Shown piece after piece: positions 11,992 through 23,600 of a DNA stretch of 64,000 nucleotides. The stretch is from Adineta vaga. Lineage: Eukaryota > Animalia > Rotifera. The notes below the pieces were generated by a model that had not been told where the DNA came from, did not search any database, and saw only the letters and a program-made list of their open reading frames with translations. The position numbers and the translations under genes are program-made. The stretch is from positions 10,354,001-10,418,000 of the forward strand of contig CP075494.1 in NCBI GenBank assembly GCA_021613535.1, read 5' to 3'. Numbering within the stretch: position 1 is the first letter of the stretch; every line of letters begins with the position of its first letter.

Positions 11992-12829
11992 TCCTGAATG
12001 TTTTCTTTTTTTGAGGAGGTTTAGATTTGCTTTTCACGTTTGAAATATCTTTTTCCGATAATTTTAAAACGCCTCCTCGAAATTTTCCAACAGATGAAAA
12101 ACGCATGGAACCAACATCGCCTTCGCCAAGACGTTTTTGTTTCGATCGTTGAAATGGTTTTTGTTTACTATTCGGATTCTTCTGAAACATATCACCAAGT
12201 AATCGTGCCTAAATCAATGAGAACAGATAATTTTAATGAAGATGTATATCCTATGATCACTTACATTTTCTGCATCTTCTTTTTCCTTCACTTTTTTCAC
12301 TCGATTTTCTTCGAGTAATTCACGATAGTTGATAAATTTCCGTTTTGGTGGCTATACGAAATGTTCCTATATTCGTTTAGGTTATTTAAATAGAATCAAT
12401 TACCTTTGCGCCTAAACTAACGGCGAGTGCTACACGAGCATCTTCATATTTACTTTTTTCAAAACCTTTAATACCAAATTTATGTACATCAAATCGCGCC
12501 TTTTCCAGATCGAATTCAACATTATCTTCTTGTTGAGATGTTGAGATTTGAGTTTCAGTTTTCTAAACATAAACGTAAAAACACAATCGATAGAAAATCT
12601 TTCCAGTTACTTTGATCGGTTTCTTTCTTTTTGCTCGATCTTGAAATACAATAGTTTCCACTGTTGATTTCGTCGCCTTCTTCTTCTTCTTCTTCTTTTC
12701 GTCTTCTACTTGTTTTCTCAATTTTTTTCTTTCTTTTCGACGCGCATTTTTACTTTTCACTTCCTCATCACTATCAAAGTCTGGTTCATCGAATAGCATC
12801 GTTTTAATATCACCAACATGTCGCGACAT
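11987..12829 (-). CDS. C1orf131: C1orf131/FSAF1 (DUF4602) 40S processome assembly factor homolog, multi-exon
   Basis: Internal exons give 'FDLEKARFDVHKFGIKGFEK...VALAVSLGAK|PPKRKFINYRELLE'; last exon gives 'VGKFRGGVLKLSEKDI'. These are DUF4602 hallmarks. Confidence 0.9.
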
Positions 12830-13518
12830 GATTATCGACAATTCCAATCCTACGATGAAAAATATGAAGAAATATTTTTTTTAGAAGTTAAGAAACGAAA
12901 CAACATGCATACACGAAATGACCTGCAGAAAAAGTGAAAGTCCTATTTCTTATCATCATTGGTGACTCACGAATGAACGAATAAGCTGTAACGATAGATT
13001 GCGCTAACTGTCAATTCTTACCATTCAAAGATACTTTTGAATCATGAAAATGATATTCTATTTATTGAAAATATCTTAGAAAAACAAATTCTTATACATA
13101 TATTTTATAATTATCATCTGACGCAAACATTGACACACAGCAAAAAAAAATCAGAATATTATCCAATATTACTTCAACGTACAAAAAATAACCAAAGCAA
13201 ATTATCATTAACATTCGCGCATTGAACATTAGAAAAATTCAAACAATTTCTCTAGAGAATTAACACAATTACATATAAAAGAAAAGAGAAGGTATCTGAC
13301 AAAAAAAATTCCAATAAACAAATTTTCAATATACAAAAAAAAGAAAAATTCATCATAAATGCATTTGCAACAACGATCTACAAAAAAAAATTATCTTCTC
13401 TAAACAAATGCACCTCTATCCAAAGAAACAAATTTGTAACACTCGTAGAAACTGTGCGATGCTTACGACTGTTGCCGCCGCCTTTCAATTTTAACATACA
13501 ATTACTTATAATATACAT

Positions 13519-14211
13519 TCAAATCGATAATTGATCATCAACGGATGCATAACCTGAACTTGAACGTCGTGAACGTTGTTCATGTTCTTGCTCATCAATT
13601 GTAGCTTGATCACCATTAGGTGGGATATATTGTGGTGCATATGTATAACCTGGTTTAACAATAATCGATGAACGTCGATATTCATCATGAATAAATGCAC
13701 AATTTTGACCTAGAACAAACAGAGGAATGCTTATTAGAAAAAAATACATAATTCGTTCGAAAAAATTTGATTTACCATAAGGACAATTATTTGTCATATG
13801 AAAAAGTCGACATAAGACTGATTTATGATTTGCATTGCGTAAATCTTCAGCTCCATGTGCGAATGTACAATCACCATCAAATTTACATACACCAGTTTCG
13901 ACATAATATTTGCATAATTCTGTTTTGTATTTTGAATTGCTCGTTGACCACGAAGCAATCTTAGCTTTATCAATAACAATGACAGGACCACATGGAATTT
14001 TTGAAAATGCTGTATTTCGTGATAAACGCATGTCCTAAATAACGAAAAGAATTACTTTCAGTATACAAATTTGTTTCCATCGACTTACAAAAGCTCGAAT
14101 ATATCGTTTCAAATCTACTTGTTCATCATCACGAAACATTAATTCAAACATTAATTTATGTCGATAAACTTCTCGTTGAGTTTGATAAACTGATGAAGAT
14201 GATACTGACAT
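13519..14211 (-). CDS. Tandem CCCH zinc-finger RNA-binding protein (TIS11/ZFP36-like)
   Basis: 'KYKTELCKYYVETGVCKFDGDCTFAHG' and 'HKSVLCRLFHMTNNCPYG|QNCAFIH'. First exon starts MSVSSSSVYQ at 14211. Confidence 0.85.
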
Positions 14212-15717
14212 TTGTTTGTTTGTTTCGTTTATTTTTCAAGAAATAATGATAAAATTCGTTCTATATATATAGAATCTAGACAAAATGAAACAAATTAGTT
14301 TAGCAACACAAATAAAAATAGCTTACAAATTAACGTTCAAGTGTGAAGCAGCAACAGCAATAACAATTGATCAACCTACGAACATACAATGATATATATT
14401 CATTTAATTCTCAATAGTCCGCAATGTGAATGTGAACAATTAATGAATTAATCTATGACAAGAATGATTATTGAAACTAATTGTACGACAAAGTTCAAAA
14501 TATAACTGAAAGAACGTACGTAGAATATTTCTGTCTAATGTTGGCGATTGTACATAAGATTCGTCGTTCGTAGAACTGTGTGTATGTCTATTTGAATGTA
14601 TCGATTTGTCAAAATGAAGAAGAATATTTAACTGTGTTTGTTTGTCTACGTGTGAACGTCACACTATCGAACGAAGAAGAACAAACAGATATATACATAT
14701 GGCAGCAGCAATGTTTTCTTTCTCATCCGTCCTAGGTTTAAATTGCATATATGAAGATAGTAGAACAACAAACAGTTTACACGGACGGACGGATAAAAGA
14801 GAAAGAGACCACTTGTTGATCATTTGAATATTACAGAGTTGAAATTCACAAGGATAGAAAACAAAATGGACGAACAAGATGATGATTGATTGTCAAAGAA
14901 ATTCAAGATAAAATCATCAAGAAAAGTTTACTGTTGATTTATTTTCATGTTTTTTTCTTCTTCTTCGATTAGCTAAGATTTTTTTCACCGACGTCATGAG
15001 AACATCAGTTTTCTCGAGATTATCATTAATTTGTCTGTCGATAGGAGAATGTTATGATGATATATACAGCAAGACCACCCAGAAGTTTTGACGTATTTTT
15101 CTTGATAAATGTTCTAGTACAATGATCTATTCAGATAGAGTAATAATTACATGAGGACATTATTGACTGAATTTCATTTATCATACGCGAAAAAGTGTTG
15201 CATACGGTCAATAGATTTATCGTAGACGATGAATCAGAAACAACAAGACTAATATAGTTTCAATACATAAACAATAATAGCTATGAATAAGCCGGATTAC
15301 TAAGTAGAAATATTGGAGCATTAGACTGTTTGACCTAGAATGTTGCTACATTGGTTGTCCGTAAATTTTTTCATATCGATTATCTAACTTCTGTTCGATA
15401 GTCATCGAGAATTATTTTTTCTATTATCATGCATAAGTGATAATTGTCTAAATTAACAAAACAAGTTATTGAGAGTGAAGAAAGCAGAGCTTTTGTTTTT
15501 GCGGTTTGTAATCGTCTAGATCAAATATTTTATTCAAATCAATTGAGATTTAACATGTGAAAAAAAAATACTGTGGACAATATATGGTTATATATACGTG
15601 GAGTTTTAGTGAATAATACAGAAATCGCTTGATTATCTGAAGGATAATGCACAACAAACATCGAATCATATCGAAATGCAAAGAAAAAAAAGGTCATTTT
15701 GTTGACGAAATTTTGCT

Positions 15718-15982
15718 TTATTGTGCTGTGTCAGGTGTTGCACCAACTGGAGCTACAGGAGTTTCTTTACATGTTGTTTGATCGCCAGAGAGATGACCCT
15801 TGTTTTCAGCATCAGCTTTCTTGTGTGGATCATCAGCTGGAGTTTCTTGACCAGTAATTTTAGCTTCAGCAATTTCAGCTGCTCTAATTAATTTTTCATC
15901 TATTTTATACGAAAACCATATAATTCTTTTTTCAAGAAGCTTATAGTAGACATCTTTACTCACTGTTCTCTCCGGAACTCAT
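15718..15982 (-). CDS. Small hydrophilic protein of about 66 aa (2 exons)
   Basis: MSSGEN with a GTGAGT donor splices via an AATAG acceptor to NEKLIRAAEIAEAKITGQETPADDPHKK...DTAQ*. Confidence 0.65.
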
Positions 15983-16366
15983 GATTATAGTTGCGTAGTT
16001 ATCGTTTGTTTGTATGTATAGAATCTAATGAATGATAGTTACTCTCTGATCGATGCTTTTATCCCTCTTTTTCTTCTTCGTCTTAGATCGGAGATAGAAA
16101 CGAGATTTCTTCTTTCTATCGTTCTTTTCTTCTTCTTCCACTAGAATTGTTGAGAAGATATTGGCGCGTGATGTGACAGAAATAATTCCGTACACAAATA
16201 TACATATTGATATTTGACCAAAGTCACGGATAATGAGAAAGGCTGGAAGAAGAAAGAAAAAAAAGCATCATCTTTGTTCTGTATTTGGATTCGAGCCTTA
16301 TTTATTATGGATAGATAAAAAAAAAAGAGAGAGAGAGGAGATATAAAGAGAAAGCAAAAGATAATG

Positions 16367-17236
16367 TTAATGAATTGATTTAGTGTATTGTTCAAGTTCT
16401 TTTTCAAGTTGTTTTAAAGAATTTGCATCATCTTTATCTAATTTATAGGATGATGAAGGCAGTTTTTGTCCAGGTTTAAATGTTTGTTTGTTTTTATTTA
16501 AACCAAATAAGTTTTTAAGAAAATTTCTTTTCGCACCTTTTTCACCACGTGCGATACTAAGTAATTGTTTGATTTTGGATTCTTTTTCCGGTGGAAAACC
16601 ACTTTGTAAACCTTCTTCGTCATTATCATTGTCTTCTGTTTGATTGTCTCCTTCTCCTTCTTCTTGATCTTCATTGTCAGAATTCGTTGGTGCACGAGTC
16701 GAGAAACGATTTTCCGGTGCATTTGGATTTTGATTCGTTGGAATAGTTGATCCACTATATTTTCGATTAGGTCCATTACAACCAAGTAGATTCAATGCTT
16801 GTTGAAGTTGAGGATTTAAATTACTAACACTGTAAGCCATTTTAACATATTTATTATCACAAACATCATTCATATTTCGAGCAGCTAATGCTTGTTGAAC
16901 AATCATTCCAACAGCAGCACCTAAATAAAATGAAATATTTCATTCAAAAAAATTCAAAAGAAAAAATTTCATACTAAGCATAGTAATAACAATTGGATTT
17001 TTTAATAATTCACGAAATTTCGATCGTTCTCGTGGTGGAAGATCACTTTCTACATCACGATTGGATTTCGAACTTCCACCAAATAATCGTGAAAGTAAAC
17101 CTCGTTTCTAAAAGATAAAGACATAATCATAAAATTGAAAGTAATTGAATTATTTGCATACATGAATCACATGACTTTGAGTTGCTAAAATTGTTATAGC
17201 TAAAAGCCAAACGATCAACAGCTGTCGAGACCACAT
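16367..17236 (-). CDS. Secreted precursor protein with dibasic sites (3 exons), function unknown
   Basis: Exon 1 MWSRQLLIVWLLAITILATQSHVIH (signal peptide), exon 2 KRGLLSRLFGG..., exon 3 containing the 179-aa ORF. Junctions are GT-AG and in frame. Confidence 0.75.
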
Positions 17237-17694
17237 TGTAATTTATACTGATTGCTTGTTTTACTGTCGATGGAAGATATCTTTTATTCCAAACTGAATT
17301 CTTCCGTTTATATTTACGAGACAAATGCGTATTCTTCTCTTCTAAAACAGGATGCCTTGAGATAATCGATAGATTCTTGAAGATTGACAGCAACACATCT
17401 TAAGAAAACAGCTGACTACAAAGAAAATCTTTTATTAATGTTACGACTCGAACTAGTTGATTAGTTGACATTTGCGTATCGTTACTTTTTTACTCAATAT
17501 TCTTGATCTTATCAATAAACAATGACAACTGATTCATATGAACTTTTGTCCCAATATCATTCCGATGACGTTTTCATACAATTTTATTTCGAGAAAATCA
17601 ATTTGTTCAATAATATCTAATAAAAATGACGCAAAAAAAAATTATCTTATTTACGTCGATCAATATCTACGACTACTGTGTATTTTTTTGTTGA

Positions 17695-18282
17695 TTAAAA
17701 AATAATGTCTTTAATAATAGGTAAATTTTTAAACAGCTGTAAAAGTATATTTGCATAATTCAAAATCGGTGATGTTGGATTGTCTGATGAACGTCCAAAT
17801 AATCGACGATACCAACGAAAAGGTGACAAAGCAAGATGACCTACAGTATGCGATCGAACTAGAGCATAACATGAAGCATGAATATTATTGACAATAATTG
17901 TTCCTTGTTCAGTTAGAGGAGCCATTAAACCTTGTTTTTCAATCTCAATAATATCTGTAATTGCTTCCCAAGTTGTTCTATTCGCATATTTAGATGGTAT
18001 AACAAGAATTTCTTCGCCTTTTGATAGTTTTTCTGCCCAAACAAATCCACTATTTCGACGATGAATTAAATGACGTGGTGATAGTTCAATCTGTGCATTT
18101 TTAGTACGAATACGTAAATATGAACCTTCTTCATTAAGATCTCGATGAAGAAACGCAATAATAGGTGAATAAGCAATTTGATCTTTATCATCATATATTC
18201 GAACTTGTTGACCAATTTTTAATGAAGATAATGCAACTTTACCAACATCAAGAACATCAACGGTTGCATCCGCAGGAAAACA
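17695..18282 (-). other. Hog autoprocessing domain (Hint module + SRR) within the last exon
   Basis: N-terminal CF (Cys codon 18280-18282), SxxH block B, 'APLT.QGTIIVN...ASCYA' and the SRR helices align motif by motif with the Hedgehog C-terminal domain. Confidence 0.93.
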
Positions 18283-20140
18283 TTCCGCCTCTAAAATATG
18301 TCAATGAAATAAAAGAAAGATAATTATCAGATACGACTTACGTTCACAATAGACACCTCGATTTTTATTTCGACATTGACAATAAAATTGATTATCTGGT
18401 TTACGTATGCACTGACCACCATTCAAACATGGTGATGGATTACATGGATCATTACTACAAGTTGGACCAGAAAATTCTGGTAAACAACTACAACCACCAT
18501 AAGGTTCTTCATTCGTTTGAACACATGTACCTATTCATAAGACTTTAGAATCAATTTCAAAATTTCTTATCGAATTACCTCCATTGAGACATGGATAAGC
18601 TGAACAAAAATCTGTTGAATCACATCTTGGACCAGCAAAACCTGGTTTACATACACATTTATTTGACACACAGGTACCCTAGACTTACAAAAAAGTGTCA
18701 TTGTCAATCTCAGTTATTTCGTTACCTGTGTACCGTGACAAGTTGCATCTCCACAAGGAACATAACTAAATTGATTACATGTTATTCCACGAAATACTTG
18801 TGTACATATGCATTGTGCTAATAATATTTATCAACAAAAATTTTCTGTAGAAAAAAAGAGATAATCTAGTTTTTTTTTCGTTGCTTTACCTTGATTATTT
18901 TCTAATACAACACAAGTTCCACCATTTTTACTAAATAAAAAAACATATTAGAAGATTTTCTATTTTATCATTTCCATTACCAAGGATTTGGTTGACAACC
19001 AAGTGATCGAATAGCTGTTTCACATTTAGGGCCTCGATATCGTGATGTACAACGACAATATCCATCCGATTGTCCAACTTCTACACATGTTCCATCATGC
19101 ATACATGGATTTGTATCACAAAATCCACCATATATTTGAGTATCAGTTGAAGTTGTATTATGCAGTATCTCGCAATAATCACCTATAAATCCTAGACGGC
19201 AAATACAAATGCCCTAGAATTTAAAAAAAGGCATAATTCATTCGAGTTGTAAAGAAACTTGATAACTCACTTTTGTGGTCGCTGAATTTGTAATAAAACA
19301 ACTTCCACCATTTTCACATGGATTTGTTAAACAGAAAACAAATTGTGAACGATTACCTACTGCTACAGCAAACATTCGATTATTATAAATTTGTTCATTA
19401 ACATTTGATGAACCTAGACCAGCAATAGCTGCTAGAGTTTCTGCATCAAATTGTCGATATTCAGCAACAGGTAATTTTTTACTCGGTTTCTTTTCTGTTG
19501 TATATTGACAAAAATCACCACGAGATTTTGTTGGACAATTACATCGAGCACCATATGCTATCAAAACAAAACACAATTTTCGCATTGTACATATTCTCAA
19601 AAGATGATCCTATACCAGTTTGAACACATGTACCACCATTATGACAGCTATTTGCTTGACATGAAAGTAATGTTCGACAATCTTTTCCAGTATAATTTGG
19701 TGGACATAAACAAATAAAATCGAAATTTGCTACATCAATACAAGTTGCACCAAACCAACATGGATTAGCTACACATTGTGAAGTGGCATTACATAAACGT
19801 TGACATGTTTCACCACATACACCCTTGAGAAAAGAAAAATCGAAGAAAAATAAAAATTATCTTTTAGAAAAATTTACTTTAACACAGTGACATGATTTTT
19901 GGATTAATCCGCTGGGTAAACGAGTTATTTCACATTCACCACCGCGACAATCATCTGATTGACAAAATTCTGAAGTATGTTAAATTAAATTATATGATAA
20001 CTTTTTTGAAAAATGAACATTTTTTTTACCAGCATGAATTGAAGAATAAATTGAATAAAAACAAATGATGAATAAAAGTGTCTAAAATTCATATTTTTTT
20101 CTTCTGATCATATTTCTCAATTAAAAAAACTTACCTTCAT
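17695..20140 (-). CDS. Hedgehog-related protein: signal peptide + 9 EGF-like repeats + Hog domain (Hint + sterol-recognition region), 11 exons
   Basis: Spliced product: MKTLLFIICFYSIYSSIHA signal; nine EGF units (e.g. CVANPCWFGATC..CLCPPNYTGKDC, CNPSPCLNGGQC..CQCRNKNRGVYC); then QAE|CFPADATVDV..LKIGQQV..YSPIIAFLHRD..ELSPRHLI..WAEKLSKGE..GLMAPLTEQGTIIVNNIHASCYA..HTVGHLALSPFRW..ILNYANILLQL. Confidence 0.93.
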
Positions 20141-20672
20141 GATTAAACTTTGTTCATAGTATAAAATACAATCCTTATTCGTTTAACTTTTATGTCAAAT
20201 AATTAGAATGACGATCAATCGATTCTCTTTCTTCCTTTTGTCATCAATATACTTATGTAAAGTAGAGAGATGAATATGTATACGAAAGTTGATCCTGTTC
20301 AAATGTCGATAGATGCACTTCGAGGTAATAGTAGTCTTATATAAATGAAAATAATACAAGACGTTTGTTTGATTGAGATAGATGACATAAGGTAGTAAGG
20401 AAATGCTGACCTTAAAATGAGGATTTTCATTCATTTGAGATCAATTTTCTTATTTGAAAAAGGCAGCAATTCAAATTCATCAATATATTCTAATGACCTT
20501 GCCAAAATAAAATATGCTAATATGTAATGAGAGAATGAGTGTTCAAAAAAGACGAAGAAGAAACGAAAGGAAAAGGAAGATATTGACCTGTATACAAACG
20601 ACATAAAAAAAAAGGATAAGAAAAGAAAACAATGAGAGAGAGAGAAAGAGAGATTAAGACACATAAAATAAA

Positions 20673-23600
20673 TTAATTAGTCTCATTAGAAATATGATGC
20701 GTTTCATTCAAGTTTGTATTGATTAGAATATCTGGATTTAAATGTTTTTTCTCTCGTTCTTTCCACGGTGTTATTGCCAGGCGAAATCGCTGTAAAATTT
20801 AAGAGAAAAACAAAACAATTAAGATTCATTTCTTTATCTACAAATGACTGATTTACTGTGGCTAAACTTCCACGTTCTACTAATAATTGATAGATAGCAA
20901 CACCTGGGATGAATATAACCGATGACAAAGCAAATACCCAACCAACTAGATGACTCCAATCCGGATACTAAAATACATATATATATAGATATAGATATAA
21001 AGTTAATCAAATCGATTTCTCAATCGTTAATCTTTTAAACCTGATAATAATACGGATCAGTTAATCTTCCATATGTTGGATGAATGTGTTGAATAAGACC
21101 CGAAAGAACAATACCCTTAGAGAATAGATGAAAAGATGAAAAAAAAACAAAAGAATGATATTTGTCATTACTCCAAGAAATAATGGTGCAGCTAAACACC
21201 ATGTTATAATCCAAAATTTTCCTGGTTTACTTCCTAACATTTCTTTGACATCTTCACTTATTCGTTTAATACCATACAGCCATGAAACGGCAATAGCTTC
21301 GAAAAGTACTGCAATAATAATTGAATAAAAAGCTAAAAATAAAACAATGTCTCTGTTTCATTCGCTCGATCGTATTCTGCATATCGATATACCTGCATAG
21401 TTTTGTAATAATTCGACAAAATATACACCAGCATCAGTACAACATGGTATACCAATAAGAAAATAAAACAAGAACAATATTCCAACGAACCATTCTCGAT
21501 GACGACGAAGTACTGGAAATACATCGCTTAAAGCTGTGATGATGGCTTCACTTCCACCAAACTAGTGAACGAAAATGTTTATGCTTCAAAAAAATTCAAT
21601 CAATCATTACCGATGAATCTAGACCAAGTGTTAATAACATCAAGAAGAAAAATATAGCCCAAACAGGTGCCCATGGCATTGTTGCTATTGCTTCTGGATA
21701 CACAATAAACACAAGTGTTGAACCTTGTTCTGCAACATCACTGATTGCTCGTCCTGATATTTCACTCATATAACCCTATGACACGAAAGAAAAAATATTT
21801 TGATTACATTTAATATCTATAAGTTCGCTAAGATGTGTAGTTTGCTTCCGACTTGTGATCTGATTATCTAAAATATTGACTATAGAAATCTAATATCCAA
21901 TTGAAAACTGAAGAATAATTATATCTATCGCTTATTAATTCATGTTCATTGACATCCATAATTATTTTTTAAGTACGAGAATCTAGGTATTCTGATTATT
22001 AATATTGAGGTATATGTGTTTTTACTTCTCATGCGTTCGATTTCATACCAACTTGACTCATGATCATTCTTCTCACCGTTTAAAGTGATTATTGTCATTC
22101 ACTTCCTATTCTTTAGACAATCAATAAATATAACTTACCAAAAACATGAAAATGACAAATCCACTAAGAAAACTTGTTAAACTATTCACTGCTACTGTAA
22201 TCATTGCATCTCTAAAATTAAATCACTGCAATTATATGATCAGATTGAAAAGAAAAGAAAATTCTACCGATAAACATTATGATGAAAATCATTATAACTT
22301 GCAAATGCCATTAATACACCGAAACCAGGTCCCAAAGAGAAAAATGTTTGTGATGCCGCATCAACCCAAACCGATGCATCAGATAATTTACTCAAATCTG
22401 GTCGAATATAGTATTCAATACCTTTCATTGAACCGGTCAAAAATAAACCACGAATCATTAAAATGGTTAAAACAACATAGGGAAACAATGCTGTAAACCA
22501 AACAACCTAAATAAAAGTAATGTATAGAAAGAATTTGATATCTTTGTCTTTACTTTGCCTGATGTTTTAATTCCTTTCCACATAGAAAAATAACAAATCA
22601 GATAAATAATAGCAAGACAAGCAAGATTTTCCAGATTAACATTGCCTAAACGACCCAAACTAAGATTTCGTTGTGGTTGAAGCCGATAGACTTGTAAACT
22701 AATGGAACAAAGATCTCAAACAAATCTTGAACAATAAAATTCACTTACTGAAAATATTCTTGTGCTGGTGAAACAATTTTCGAACGAGCTAATGCTTCCG
22801 AACAATTCTCATACAAATTCATTGGTTGTAAAGCTTTCTCTGTCGAATTCCAAAATTTCGTACAATTATCTAAAAAATCACGACGTGTTTCGACTGTCGA
22901 ACAACTTTCTGTATTCCATGGATTATCTAGGAATAAAAATTCGAAAAATTAATCGAAATATTACGAGACTAAACATACTGCATTGACTCCATGGTAATAT
23001 TCGTTTAAATGAAGCAAAAAGATAATATAATCCCCATGAAATGACTACATTATAATAGAAATCAGTATAGAATGCTATGACAGTAACCGCCCAACCGATT
23101 CCAGCAAATAATGGGCAAATTTTTTTCCAACAAGTTATTGATCCTCGTCGATAATATTGACCAAGTAATAATTCCAAATAGAATAGAGGCATTCCACCAA
23201 GGATAACTGAAAGCATGTATGGAATGAGAAATGCACCTGGAAGAGAAAGAAAAATGAGAAGATTTCAAGAGAATTCATTTAAAAAAAAACCTCCGCCGTT
23301 TTTGTAACATAAATATGGAAATCGCCATATATTTGCTAAATCGACAGCGAATCCAATAATTGATAGAAGAAAATCCAGTTTTTTACTCCATTGTTCTCGA
23401 TCTTCTGTTCGTAATTGATTCGAACGATTTGTTGATGAAAGATTAATCATGGTCACACTATTTCTTTTCTTTGGATGTTCTTCATCAGTTGTACTATTAT
23501 TAATCGCTATCATTGGAACTAAACTTGCACTATCAACAGTTAAATGTAACCCATCATTTTCATCTCCATGTACATGTGTTCTTATCATATCAACATCATC

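Noticed and set aside
13380-13555. Possible alternative C-terminal exon of the CCCH protein (SSS|GGGNSRKHRTVSTS)
   Set aside because: In-frame splicing is possible, but the acceptor (AAG, poor pyrimidine tract) is weak; unsupported without transcripts.
17695-18282. Intein or bona fide hedgehog gene
   Set aside because: There is no C-terminal His-Asn/Cys splice junction, C-extein or endonuclease, and an SRR is present, so this is a Hog domain. The N-terminal region is EGF repeats rather than a Hedge domain, so it is not hh.
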